The translations under genes were made by a program, and so were the position numbers. Positions 1-9,416 of a DNA stretch of 64,000 nucleotides are shown in pieces. The stretch lies in contig JBGSRU010000002.1 in NCBI GenBank assembly GCA_041737385.1, positions 56,761 to 120,760 of the forward strand, written 5' to 3'. A model generated the notes under the pieces. It ran no database searches. It saw only the letters and a list, made by a program, of their open reading frames with translations, and was not told the DNA's origin. Position 1 is the stretch's first letter. The number at the start of each line of letters is the position of its first letter. Origin of the DNA: Candidatus Saccharimonadales bacterium. Its GTDB lineage: Bacteria; Patescibacteriota; Saccharimonadia; Saccharimonadales; SZUA-47.

Positions 1-1
1 T

Positions 2-1873
2 TTTAAGATTACTGATTACGCTGACGAAATTTTAGAAGCAACTGATGATCTCGACTGGACACCGTGGGTAAAAACAGCCCAGAAAAACTGGATTGGTCGT
101 TCTGAGGGCGCAGAGATCGAGTTCAAGGTCAAGGATTCTGATGAATCTATCACTGTATTCACCACGCGCGCAGACACAATATACAGCGCAGCTTTCATGG
201 TATTGGCTCCTGAACATCACCTAGTCGAGAAAATTACAACTGCAGACCAGAATTCGGAAGTCGTCGAATATGTAGAAGAAACAACAGTTAAATCAGACAT
301 TGAGCGAATGCAAACAAAACATAAAACAGGAGCGTTTACCGGCGCATATGCAGTGAATCCCGCTAATGGAAACGAAATTCCAGTATGGATTGCAGATTTT
401 GTTCTAGCTGGTTATGGAACAGGTGCAGTATTTGGTGATATTCATGATGAACGCGACTTCGAGTTTGCCCAAAAGTATAAGATACCAGCGGAGCCAACGG
501 TTCTACCAGAAGACGAAGCTGAGGCAGAAAAGGTTCGAAACAAAGAGTTTCCATATACTGGCGAAGGTGTGTTGATTGATTCAGGCGATTTTTCGGGGAT
601 GAAGACTCAAGAGGCAAGACCAAAGATTATTGAGTGGCTTCAATCAAAAGGTAGTGCAGAGGTAAAGGTTAACTACAAAGTGCGAGACTGGCTAATCAGC
701 AGGCAACGATATTGGGGAGCGCCAATTCCAATAATTCACTGTCAAGAGTGTGGTGCTGTGCCGGTCCCTGAGAAAGATTTACCAGTTGAACTTCCAGAGC
801 TCGATGACTATCATCCGAGCGGTGATGGGCGTAGCCCGCTTGCGAAAGCGAAAGAATGGCTAAATGTGAGTTGCCCTGAGTGTGGTAATCCCGCACAGCG
901 CGAGACAGACACAATGGATGGCTACGTCTGCTCAAGTTGGTATCAGATGCGCTACTTGTCACCTCATGATGATTTGCAAGCGTGGGATCCAGAGCGTGCC
1001 AAACAGTGGATGCCAGTGAAATTCTATAATGGTGGTGACCACGCGACAGCGCATCTGTTATATGCTCGGTTTTTTACTCGATTTTTCTACAAGCAAGGCT
1101 TAGTGCCGACTCCTGAGCCGTTCGAGCGGATGTATTTTCACGCCAAAATACTCGCAGAAGACGGAACATTCTTCTCTAAGTCTAAAGGCAATGGTATTGA
1201 TCCACTGGAGGTAATAAACAGCGGCTACGGTGCAGATGCACTGAGAACATATCTATCATTTATTGCACCACCTGATGTTGAGTCACCTTGGAATAGTGAC
1301 GGTTTACCTAGTAGTTATAGATTCATCAACCGAGTTTGGACATTGGTTCAAGAGTTTTCTGAATTAACTGAACATGTTGGAAGTGAGAACCAAGAACTGT
1401 TGCAACTGACACACAAAACAATCCAAAAAGTAACCAGCGACATAGAGGCGATTAAATACAATACTGCTGTTTCGGCAATGATGGAGTGTGTGAACGGGTT
1501 GTATAAGATTAGAGATTTAGATTCCTATAGTTCTGCTTCATGGCAATTTGCGCTAGAGTCGATCGTTCAGTTAATGGCTCCGTTTGCGCCACACGCTGCA
1601 GAGGAACTTTGGCGTGATTTCGGGCACGACGACTCAGTTCATACTAGTCACTGGCCAGAACTTGATGAATCTCACCTCCTGCAGGATACAATGAAACTAG
1701 CAGTGCAAGTTAACGGTAAAGTGCGTGCAGAAATAGAAGTAGCTTCAGATATGGATGAAGAGCAAATAAAAACTGAATCATTAGCACATGTAAATGTTCA
1801 AAATCACCTAGCCGGCAAGACGCCTAAAAAACTTATTTATGTTACTGGCCGACTAGTCAGTATTGTTGTCTAA
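2..1873 (+). CDS. leuS: Leucyl-tRNA synthetase, 5'-truncated by the window edge (C-terminal ~620 aa present)
   Basis: The frame is open from position 2 and gives ...NWIGRSEGAEIEF..., GAPIPIIHCQECG... and HLLYARFF, all typical of LeuRS. The 558-aa ORF in the track is its downstream part. Confidence 0.9.
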   Translation, partial: FKITDYADEILEATDDLDWTPWVKTAQKNWIGRSEGAEIEFKVKDSDESITVFTTRADTIYSAAFMVLAPEHHLVEKITTADQNSEVVEYVEETTVKSDIERMQTKHKTGAFTGAYAVNPANGNEIPVWIADFVLAGYGTGAVFGDIHDERDFEFAQKYKIPAEPTVLPEDEAEAEKVRNKEFPYTGEGVLIDSGDFSGMKTQEARPKIIEWLQSKGSAEVKVNYKVRDWLISRQRYWGAPIPIIHCQECGAVPVPEKDLPVELPELDDYHPSGDGRSPLAKAKEWLNVSCPECGNPAQRETDTMDGYVCSSWYQMRYLSPHDDLQAWDPERAKQWMPVKFYNGGDHATAHLLYARFFTRFFYKQGLVPTPEPFERMYFHAKILAEDGTFFSKSKGNGIDPLEVINSGYGADALRTYLSFIAPPDVESPWNSDGLPSSYRFINRVWTLVQEFSELTEHVGSENQELLQLTHKTIQKVTSDIEAIKYNTAVSAMMECVNGLYKIRDLDSYSSASWQFALESIVQLMAPFAPHAAEELWRDFGHDDSVHTSHWPELDESHLLQDTMKLAVQVNGKVRAEIEVASDMDEEQIKTESLAHVNVQNHLAGKTPKKLIYVTGRLVSIVV

Positions 1874-1977
1874 GCAAGTAAGAAAATAACTACTTGCTTG
1901 AGGTTTTACTGTTCAAGAGGTATAATTGGCAGTAAATAATTTGAACTAAGCCAAGAGGAAGGAGCGACTAAAAGCTC

Positions 1978-2133
1978 ATGGGAAAACCAAAGAAAAGAAC
2001 CAGTGCTCGTAAAACCGGTCTACGCCGAAGCCATATCGTGTTGAAATTAGCACGTGCGGTTAACGCAAAATCACCCGTTAAAGCACGCACTACAACAAAG
2101 CAATCCGGCAAAAAACTCGCACGTAGTAAATAG
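1978..2133 (+). CDS. rpmF: 50S ribosomal protein L32 (51 aa; below the ORF-track cutoff)
   Basis: Translation MGKPKKRTSARKTGLRRSHIVLK... carries the L32 RSKRGMRRSH-type motif. An AGGAAGGAG ribosome-binding site lies about 25 nt upstream. Confidence 0.75.
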   Translation: MGKPKKRTSARKTGLRRSHIVLKLARAVNAKSPVKARTTTKQSGKKLARSK

Positions 2134-2190
2134 TTATTGCCACTTAACAACTTCATAAAAGAAACCTAAAACCTAAGGGGAACTCTCCAT

Positions 2191-2694
2191 ATGGCTTCAA
2201 ACCGTCATCTCGGTCGAATCGTCGCTCTGCAGACTTTGTATGAGCTTGACTTTCGAATTGAAGTGTCCGAATCAGATTTGGACAGGGAGGCTGTGCTTGA
2301 TCGAAACATGTCTCGCTATAGTGAAGTCATGGAAGACAAACAGTTTGTTATTGATCTCGTAGAAGGCGTGATGAAGGAAGTTGTACTGTTGGATGAATTT
2401 ATCCAACCCTTAGCACCAGAGTGGCCACTGAGCCAAATTGCACGCGTCGATAAAATTATTTTACGTATCGGGGTGTGGGAAATGCAACACTCTGAACTTG
2501 TGCCGATTAAGGTAATCATTAATGAAGCGGTTGAGCTTGCTAAAGCATTTGGAGCTGACAATTCGAGCAAATTTGTAAACGGCGTGCTCGGTACAGCGGC
2601 GAAACAGCTTGGTAAAGTTACCGAAACGAAGACTACTGGTGTTAAATCTAAAAAGCCGACACACGCAGCGTCTCCGAAGAAAGATGAGAAATAG
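2191..2694 (+). CDS. nusB: Transcription antitermination factor NusB
   Basis: NusB-family N-terminus RIVALQTLYELDF and ARVDKIILRIGVWEM; basic C-terminal tail. Confidence 0.8.
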   Translation: MASNRHLGRIVALQTLYELDFRIEVSESDLDREAVLDRNMSRYSEVMEDKQFVIDLVEGVMKEVVLLDEFIQPLAPEWPLSQIARVDKIILRIGVWEMQHSELVPIKVIINEAVELAKAFGADNSSKFVNGVLGTAAKQLGKVTETKTTGVKSKKPTHAASPKKDEK

Positions 2695-2696
2695 CT

Positions 2697-3194
2697 ATGG
2701 TGATGAAACGACCAAAACCACTAAAAGCATTTAAAAAGATAGTCAACCGTAAGCGGCCGGCGATATCTGAAGTTGTGAAAGAACCGACTGCGGGCGGTAT
2801 CGTTTGGCGCCGTAATGCAAAAGGCGGCATAGAAATACTGCTGATTCAAGATGCTAAAGATCGCTGGACGATACCAAAAGGTCACATCGAAGAAGGTGAG
2901 ACATCAAAACAGACAGCAGAACGTGAGATTCGTGAAGAAACGGGTTTGCAGGAAATGACGATGATGAGCTGGCTTGGTAAAATAAATTTCCAATATCGGA
3001 GACAACAAAGTCTTGTGCTGATGACTACTGAGATATTTTTAGTTGCTGCAAAGGGCGATACTGATGATATTACTCCTGAAGAATGGATGAAAGGTATAAA
3101 ATGGCTTTCAGCTAACGACGCATTAGAAAAAATTGAATACGAAGATATTGGGAAAATTATATTACTCGGACTGAAAAAAATTCGCCAAGGATAA
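2697..3194 (+). CDS. NUDIX hydrolase
   Basis: Nudix box IPKGHIEEGETSKQTAEREIREETGL (GX5EX7REUXEEXGU). Confidence 0.8.
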   Translation: MVMKRPKPLKAFKKIVNRKRPAISEVVKEPTAGGIVWRRNAKGGIEILLIQDAKDRWTIPKGHIEEGETSKQTAEREIREETGLQEMTMMSWLGKINFQYRRQQSLVLMTTEIFLVAAKGDTDDITPEEWMKGIKWLSANDALEKIEYEDIGKIILLGLKKIRQG

Positions 3195-3312
3195 TTTCGT
3201 GCTAAAATACATACATTAATGAGAGAAGGAAAGACGTATTTACTAGATAGAAAATAGTATTCCTAAAAAAAGGAAATGCTACTTACTATGTACTAATTAC
3301 TATTATAAATTT

Positions 3313-4020
3313 ATGGTACCGACACAACCTTATGCTGACTTTTCAGCTGATGTACTTCACGTAACATTTAATGATCTACAATTACTGATCACTGCTTTTA
3401 CTCACCGTTCATACGTCAATGAGCACAAGAAAACAGCTAAAGAGCACAATGAGCGACTTGAGTTTCTTGGTGATGCAGTGCTCGAACTTATCACGACAAG
3501 ATATTTGTTTGATAAATATGATGATCCAGAAGGTGTATTAACAAACTGGCGAAGCGCACTTGTACGCACTGAGAGTATTGGTGAAGCAGCTGGTAAACAC
3601 GGTTTTGAAGTTTTGCTACGATTGTCTCGAGGAGAAAAACGTGCAAGTTCAGATCGTGCAAGACTACAAATCCTCGCAAATGCATACGAAGCTGTTGTTG
3701 GAGCGCTGTATTTAGATCAAGGATACGACGCGGCTAAAGAGTTCATCGAACGTACGTTACTCGTGACTTTTGATGAAATATTGAAAACTGGCTCTTGGCA
3801 AGATCCAAAGTCACGCTACCAAGAAGTAGTGCAGAGCGATGAAGGACACACTCCTCAATACAAAGTGCTTAGTGAAGACGGTCCTGATCATGACAAGATT
3901 TTTAAGGTTGGTGTTTTTGTTGATGGCGGGTTACGAGCAGAAGGTGACGGACCAAGTAAACAGTCAGCACAGGTGTCGGCAGCAGAGAAAGCACTGACAA
4001 AACACAAAGACGCCACTTGA
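3313..4020 (+). CDS. rnc: Ribonuclease III
   Basis: RNase III signature ERLEFLGDAVLEL and a C-terminal dsRBD. TATTAT/TATAAA sits directly upstream of the ATG, suggesting a leaderless transcript. Confidence 0.9.
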   Translation: MVPTQPYADFSADVLHVTFNDLQLLITAFTHRSYVNEHKKTAKEHNERLEFLGDAVLELITTRYLFDKYDDPEGVLTNWRSALVRTESIGEAAGKHGFEVLLRLSRGEKRASSDRARLQILANAYEAVVGALYLDQGYDAAKEFIERTLLVTFDEILKTGSWQDPKSRYQEVVQSDEGHTPQYKVLSEDGPDHDKIFKVGVFVDGGLRAEGDGPSKQSAQVSAAEKALTKHKDAT

Positions 4021-4091
4021 CTTTTCCCGCCTCTGTTAGTACAATGTCTTGAAAGTAAATTAATTTAAAAGAGAGAAGGAATTACAGATAC

Positions 4092-4550
4092 ATGCTAGCT
4101 ATCCGTATGCAACGAGTCGGTCGTAAAGGCCATCCCGAGTTTCGTGTTGTTGTCCAAGACGCCAGACTTACCCCAACTAGTGGACGTGTTGTTGCTCGTG
4201 TCGGTCACGTCAACCCACACACCAAAGTTGTCACCATCGACAAAGAAAAGATTGAATATTACCTAGGAAATGGCGCTCAGCCGAGCCCAAGGGTTGTGAG
4301 AGTGCTACAGGCAGAAAAGATTAAGCTTCCTGAGTGGGTAACCCTACCTTCAACAGACAAAAAGCATTCTATCAAGACAACTGAAAAACTTCGCCGTAAC
4401 CGCCCAGCAGAACCTGTAGAAGAAACTCCAGCTGAGCCTGAAACGGCGGAAGTCGCAGCAGAAGAACCAAAGGCTGAAGAAGTTGAAGTAGTTACAGATG
4501 ATACCACTTCTCCAGAACCAGAAACTACAGAAGAAAAAACAGAAGCCTGA
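4092..4550 (+). CDS. rpsP: 30S ribosomal protein S16 with an acidic Pro/Glu/Thr-rich C-terminal extension
   Basis: MLAIRMQRVGRKGHPEFRVVV... matches the S16 N-terminus. The C-terminal ~70 aa are low-complexity E/P/T-rich. Confidence 0.9.
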   Translation: MLAIRMQRVGRKGHPEFRVVVQDARLTPTSGRVVARVGHVNPHTKVVTIDKEKIEYYLGNGAQPSPRVVRVLQAEKIKLPEWVTLPSTDKKHSIKTTEKLRRNRPAEPVEETPAEPETAEVAAEEPKAEEVEVVTDDTTSPEPETTEEKTEA

Positions 4551-4606
4551 ACCCTTCTTCACTCTGATTATTAAAAATATAGAAACATTATTTAAGGAGT
4601 TCTATC

Positions 4607-5116
4607 ATGAACGAATCAACCATTGACCAACAATTTATTGAATATGTTGTACGATCACTAGTTGGAAAACCTGATGCAGTTATTGTTGAGAGAATTATAG
4701 ATGAAAAAGGTGTATTACTAACATTAACCGTTGATCCAGAAGATCTTGGTCGAGTTATTGGTAAGCGTGGTGCTACTGCACAAAGCTTACGTACGCTGCT
4801 TCGCGCACTTGGTACTAAAAACGAAGCGCGTTATAACTTAAAAATTGTCGATAACGGCATACCCCGAGAAGAGCGAGAAGCTAGTAAAAACGCTGAAAAC
4901 CAAGGTAGCAATGACGGACCATCAGCACAAGATAACAGTGGTTGGGGTGCTTCAACAAATGACGACAATAGCTCAAGTTCTAACGATGATGCAATGAGCT
5001 CTTCTTCAGATAACAATTCTGCAGCCCAAGATGCTGCAAACGATAGTGGTGAAGAAGAATCTGCTATCGAGCGAACCCGACGTGAACTAATGGACTTAGA
5101 CGACTTAGACGTATAA
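4607..5116 (+). CDS. KH-domain RNA-binding protein (UPF0109/YlqC-like) with a long Ser/Asp/Asn-rich acidic tail
   Basis: GRVIGKRGATAQSLRTLLRAL KH GXXG loop; it sits between rpsP and trmD, which is the conserved position for this family. Confidence 0.75.
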   Translation: MNESTIDQQFIEYVVRSLVGKPDAVIVERIIDEKGVLLTLTVDPEDLGRVIGKRGATAQSLRTLLRALGTKNEARYNLKIVDNGIPREEREASKNAENQGSNDGPSAQDNSGWGASTNDDNSSSSNDDAMSSSSDNNSAAQDAANDSGEEESAIERTRRELMDLDDLDV

Positions 5117-5276
5117 GCGCTTGCGTGATCAGCACTTGTCTGGTAGTATTTTATTAGTCGAATACCAAAATAAAACCTAAAACGACTGCGAGTAATCCTA
5201 GACCGTAAAGGCGACAGGAAAAAACAAAAATAGGCTCATGCGAGCGAACAAGTATTGTTCGGAGTCTTATGTGACT

Positions 5277-5310
5277 AAAAAAGCGTCTAGCTCTAAGCTG
5301 ACGCTTTTTT
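5277..5310 (+). terminator. Rho-independent terminator after the rpsP-KH unit
   Basis: Stem AGCGTC(5282-5287)...GACGCT(5299-5304) followed by TTTTTT (5305-5310). Confidence 0.6.
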
Positions 5311-5332
5311 AGTGTGTGATATAATATTTGTA

Positions 5333-5980
5333 ATGAAAATTCAAATAATTACATTGTTTCCTGATATGTTCGAGGGGGTTTTTGGTTCTAGTATGCTTTG
5401 GAAAGCCAAAGAGCGCTGTGGCGTTGAGTACGAGCTGATTGATCTTCGAAAGTTTGGCCTAGGGCCCAGAAGGCAAGTTGACGATACACCATATGGCGGT
5501 GGTGATGGTATGTTGATGATGGTTGAGCCAATGGTGGCTGCGATAGAGTACGCGAAGAAGCAGGATCCTGACGCTGTAGTCATGCTGCCAACGCCAAGAG
5601 GTAGAATATACAAACAATCTGACGCAAAGCGATTAGCGGCTGGCGAGAAGGGTCTCATCATCATCTGCCCACGTTATGAGGGGCACGACGAACGAGTAAC
5701 TGAGTGGATTGACGAGCAGTTCTGTATTGGAAACTATGTTCTGACCGGTGGAGAGCTACCAGCAATGATTGTTGTTGATAGTGTTGTCCGGCTGCTTCCA
5801 GGCGTTCTAGGTGGGGAGAAATCAGCAGAGATAGAAAGCTTTCAAGACGATGATGTATCAATAGAATTTCCACAATATACGCGACCAGAAGAGTTCAGGG
5901 GTAATAAAGTGCCTCCTGTTCTATTGAGTGGGCATCATGCTGAAATTACCAAGTGGCAAAGCGAGCATAAGCGTGGGTGA
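5333..5980 (+). CDS. trmD: tRNA (guanine37-N1)-methyltransferase TrmD
   Basis: MKIQIITLFPDMFEG... matches the TrmD N-terminus. I chose the ATG at 5333 (the ORF track starts at 5312) because an extended -10 box TGATATAAT at 5317-5325 lies 7 nt upstream, which implies a leaderless start. Confidence 0.85.
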   Translation: MKIQIITLFPDMFEGVFGSSMLWKAKERCGVEYELIDLRKFGLGPRRQVDDTPYGGGDGMLMMVEPMVAAIEYAKKQDPDAVVMLPTPRGRIYKQSDAKRLAAGEKGLIIICPRYEGHDERVTEWIDEQFCIGNYVLTGGELPAMIVVDSVVRLLPGVLGGEKSAEIESFQDDDVSIEFPQYTRPEEFRGNKVPPVLLSGHHAEITKWQSEHKRG

Positions 5981-6629
5981 AGTTGTCGACCTATCTTCAC
6001 GTAGAAAAAAATATGCGAGTATGCCTCACTTGCAAATTGTACGCTGGGAATACGACCGTGTGGCGTCTGCTGCTCGCAAAGATACACCCCAACTCTTGAA
6101 AACTATAGCTTCTGTCGCATCGGAAAGTAGATTAGTTACAAGCCCATTCGGAGGAAAAAGCCTTCTAGTCGATGGAGTTGCTCATGATGTATCTCTGGGA
6201 GTTTTGACATGCACAGCTACGAACAGATGGCCGCTAGAGCTTCGTGTTTCTAACAACACTACCTTACCCTCCATAAAATTATTGGGGACTACTGCTCGCA
6301 GAGCTGTAGAGCTTGCTGCACTCCAAGCCTTATCATTTGCATCAGTTGCGCACAAGACTGGAGCTATAGATCATCGCTCAAAAAGGGACAGTCCACTATG
6401 GGAAGGAACCGGTAACCACAATTGGCCAATTCATCTTACTGATGCACACCGCTTCGCAGCAGGGGTGGTACTCGGTGCAAGCGCATTGGTTGACAGCGAT
6501 CAAACGTTTGCAGTATCTTTAGAGCCACTCGCGCTGCGTAGAGAAGTAAGAGTGCCGCCACACGTCGTTGCATTAAGTGACCCAATGGGGCACGAAGAGC
6601 TCAACTTATTTGCACAAGCAACACAGTAA
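5928..6629 (+). CDS. Hypothetical protein (233-aa ORF overlapping the trmD 3' end by ~50 nt; no recognisable family)
   Basis: It is the only long ORF in a ~700-nt stretch where rplS would normally follow trmD. I see no motif. An internal ATG (MPHLQIVRW, ~6020) is an alternative start. A long open frame is unlikely by chance at ~40% GC. Confidence 0.3.
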   Translation: MGIMLKLPSGKASISVGEVVDLSSRRKKYASMPHLQIVRWEYDRVASAARKDTPQLLKTIASVASESRLVTSPFGGKSLLVDGVAHDVSLGVLTCTATNRWPLELRVSNNTTLPSIKLLGTTARRAVELAALQALSFASVAHKTGAIDHRSKRDSPLWEGTGNHNWPIHLTDAHRFAAGVVLGASALVDSDQTFAVSLEPLALRREVRVPPHVVALSDPMGHEELNLFAQATQ

Positions 6630-6663
6630 TAACGTATACTATAAGCAGAACTAGGGAGGAAAT

Positions 6664-7071
6664 ATGTTTAAAAGATTTATTAAACCAGTATACGCACACT
6701 GTGATGTGCCTTGCGGTATATATGAGACAGATAGCATGACTCACGCGGCTGCAACCGTAAAACGTATGATGGAAAAATACGCAGAAATAGGTGAAGTTGA
6801 TGATGAGGATCCTGAATCGATGAACACTGCAATTCGATGTGTTATGACAAAAGAAGAACATGCACAAAAATGCAAAGATCAACTCTATCTGTTGTGGAGT
6901 GACTACTTTAAACCTGAGCATCTAGAAAAGTTTCCTGATTTGCACGACACTTTCTGGCAGGCGACAAAACAGTGTGGAAAAGTGAAACAAACAATGGAAA
7001 TTACAGAAGCCGATAAACTCATTGAGTTAGTGCATACGGTATCGCATATTTTTGCTGATAGTAAAAAATAA
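6664..7071 (+). CDS. sodN: Nickel-containing superoxide dismutase precursor (NiSOD)
   Basis: Leader MFKRFIKPVYA followed by the Ni-hook HCDVPCGIYE; LWSDYFKPEH motif; strong GGGAGGA ribosome-binding site. Close to Streptomyces SodN (HCDLPCGVYDPA...LWSDYFKPPH). Confidence 0.85.
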   Translation: MFKRFIKPVYAHCDVPCGIYETDSMTHAAATVKRMMEKYAEIGEVDDEDPESMNTAIRCVMTKEEHAQKCKDQLYLLWSDYFKPEHLEKFPDLHDTFWQATKQCGKVKQTMEITEADKLIELVHTVSHIFADSKK

Positions 7072-7358
7072 TGTGGTATCTCAGGCGAGTCGTTGGTAAT
7101 AGTATGAAACCAGCTTATCGTCGGGGGCAAGTCGTGCTTATCGGCCATGCGAGGCAGTTTAGGATAAACGACGTTGTTGTCGCTTTTGTTGATAGGCGAG
7201 AAGTTCTAAAGCGCATTACAGATATAAAAGACGGTAAAGTCTACTTGTTGGGAGATAATGCAGAAACCTCTACAGATAGTCGTACCTATGGTTGGGTGCA
7301 AGATAGACATATAGTAGGGAAAGTAGTTTGGCCAAAGAAACGTCAGCGTATGCTATAA
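7071..7358 (+). CDS. sodX: NiSOD maturation peptidase SodX (S26 signal-peptidase-like)
   Basis: GNSMKP (Ser nucleophile) and GDNAETSTDSR boxes of the S26/LexA fold. Its start overlaps the sodN stop as TAATG, consistent with translational coupling. Confidence 0.7.
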   Translation: MWYLRRVVGNSMKPAYRRGQVVLIGHARQFRINDVVVAFVDRREVLKRITDIKDGKVYLLGDNAETSTDSRTYGWVQDRHIVGKVVWPKKRQRML

Positions 7359-8312
7359 AAGCTTTTTTTCACGAAGATAGAGATAGGCTAGCGTACCAGG
7401 TAATAGTGGCTGCAAGTAGGTTATTGTCCTAAAAAGTAAAGCAACACTAGCAGATTCTGCGCCACTAAAGCCGAGTAAGACAAGCATACTTGCTGTTCCT
7501 GCTTCAACCCCTCCCAAACCACCAGGGGTCGGTAGTATACCTCCAACAAATACGCCGGCACTGAGCGCAACGAGTCCGTTTACAAAGCTGAGATGAAGGT
7601 CTAGAGAACGGGCAGAAAGTAGCAGAATACTCACATTGCCGGCAATTATTATGAAAGCAATACAGTAGAGACCAAGTAGGTTTTGCGGATTTTTTGATAG
7701 GTATGAAAAAAGCTTCTTCCATTGTTTGTTGACCTTTAGAATAGTTTGTCTCGTACTTCTGACGTGCATCAGCCACTGAGAAAGGGTGATAAGCCCAATA
7801 ATCAATAAAGCCACGAAAATAAGTGAGCCGGTACTTAGTTTTTCTAACAGCAGATCATGAATTGACGGATTTGCTATAAAAAGCATCACAAGCAGTAGAA
7901 TGTTCAGGCTTAGACCGATAATGTTATTCGCGACAGTAATAATAATTGCTTTCTGCGTTGAAATCCCTATCTTACGGAGGTGCATTACTGATACCCCTAT
8001 GTGACCTAGTCCTCCTGGGATGATTCGTCCTGGGCCACTACCTGCTAATTGAGCAAGTGCGGCCGTTGAAATGGATATTTTTTTATCAGAAAGTAACCTA
8101 TAGCTTACTGCAGTAAGGGGTACGAGTGCCCAATACAGAGCCATGGCTCCCAAAAGATAATAAACATTGCTGCTAGCGATGGCGAATAGTGCTTGATCAA
8201 TTATTTCCCACTGTGTGATGCTAAAAATAACTAACGCTAACAGACCAAACACTTCAAGCAGCGCTCGCTTTTTTAAATGAGGATGATGTTCTTTTCCTAT
8301 AATATGTTTCAT
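7353..8312 (-). CDS. UPF0104 / lysylphosphatidylglycerol-synthase-TM-like (YbhN-type) membrane protein
   Basis: Polytopic membrane protein with the GGILPTPGGLGGVEAG and PGGLGHIGV motifs. Confidence 0.6.
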   Translation of the reverse strand: MKHIIGKEHHPHLKKRALLEVFGLLALVIFSITQWEIIDQALFAIASSNVYYLLGAMALYWALVPLTAVSYRLLSDKKISISTAALAQLAGSGPGRIIPGGLGHIGVSVMHLRKIGISTQKAIIITVANNIIGLSLNILLLVMLFIANPSIHDLLLEKLSTGSLIFVALLIIGLITLSQWLMHVRSTRQTILKVNKQWKKLFSYLSKNPQNLLGLYCIAFIIIAGNVSILLLSARSLDLHLSFVNGLVALSAGVFVGGILPTPGGLGGVEAGTASMLVLLGFSGAESASVALLFRTITYLQPLLPGTLAYLYLREKKLL

Positions 8313-8407
8313 TTTGAGTAAGCTTAAGCTTTATTGTAACAATTAACTATGATATAAGAAAAAGCTTTACGAACAACAGAAGTTTTCATGCTAGAATTTG
8401 TCCATAT

Positions 8408-9361
8408 ATGAACACCTCTTCTTCCGTATTATGGTTTGGCACTTTTCTGTGGTTTTTCAGTTTGCTACTGGGTGATTTATATTTGAGCAGAAAAAATCAA
8501 GGTCCCATATCAACGAAACTTGCTATTACAAGAAGCGCGGTTTGGATCGGGCTTGGTATAGGGTTTGGGTTTTTTGTGTGGGCCGTGCTCGGTGCACACG
8601 CTAGTTCAGAGTATTTCACCGGTTTTATCATCGAAAAGTCACTTAGTATAGATAATATATTTGTGTGGAGCGCACTGATGGCTTATATGAAAATACCCAG
8701 AAACCTCCAATATACCGTTCTGTTTTGGGGAATTATAGGCGCTATATTTTTCCGAACAATATTTATGATTGGCGGCGTAGTAATCTTAGACAAGTTCCAG
8801 TTTATGCTACTTCTATTAGGGGCTCTGCTCATCTACACGGCCTATGGTGTATTCAGAAACTCCGATGAAAATAGCTTTGATCCGGAGAAATCACGAACCA
8901 TTGCCATTATCAAAAAATATCTTCCTTTTACTTCTGATATTGAGGGTAAAAAATTGTTTACTCGCAGAAATGGAAAGATAACTGCGACATATTTATTTTT
9001 TGCGATTGTGACAATCGAAATTACAGATGTGTTGTTTGCTGTTGATAGCGTCCCAACTGTGCTTGCTGTAGTCAGGGATCCTTACCTGGCATTGACGAGT
9101 AACATTGCAGCGATACTCGGCTTACGTGCATTGTATTTTGTATTTGACGGGTTAAAAAATTCCTTCTGGTTGCTTAGTAAGGGCTTGGGAATAATACTGG
9201 GCGCAATAGGTGTGTTACTCCTAGTGGAACCTCGCAGTATATTTGGCATAAAATGGTTTGGATTTGAACTTTCTACGGTTTGGATATTGATGTTTATATT
9301 TACTGTATTAACTCTATCTATACTTGGGTCTAAGCTATTACCAGAGAAATCTAAAGACTAA
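8408..9361 (+). CDS. TerC-family integral membrane protein
   Basis: EKSLSIDNIFVW and FAVDSVP motifs; multiple TM helices. Confidence 0.7.
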   Translation: MNTSSSVLWFGTFLWFFSLLLGDLYLSRKNQGPISTKLAITRSAVWIGLGIGFGFFVWAVLGAHASSEYFTGFIIEKSLSIDNIFVWSALMAYMKIPRNLQYTVLFWGIIGAIFFRTIFMIGGVVILDKFQFMLLLLGALLIYTAYGVFRNSDENSFDPEKSRTIAIIKKYLPFTSDIEGKKLFTRRNGKITATYLFFAIVTIEITDVLFAVDSVPTVLAVVRDPYLALTSNIAAILGLRALYFVFDGLKNSFWLLSKGLGIILGAIGVLLLVEPRSIFGIKWFGFELSTVWILMFIFTVLTLSILGSKLLPEKSKD

Positions 9362-9416
9362 ACTTGGTTATAGTCTATAATAGAGAACATTAGATAGAAT
9401 TATCAAGGAGATTATA

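Noticed and set aside
5981-6660. Possibility of a large structured RNA (RNase P RNA, tmRNA, ORF-less group II intron) instead of the 233-aa ORF
   Set aside because: I could not find the RNase P P4/GGU-GCGG-UAAGAGCGCACC core, the tmRNA ends, or a domain-V GAGC...GUAC...GGUUC motif by eye. It is kept only as a low-probability alternative.
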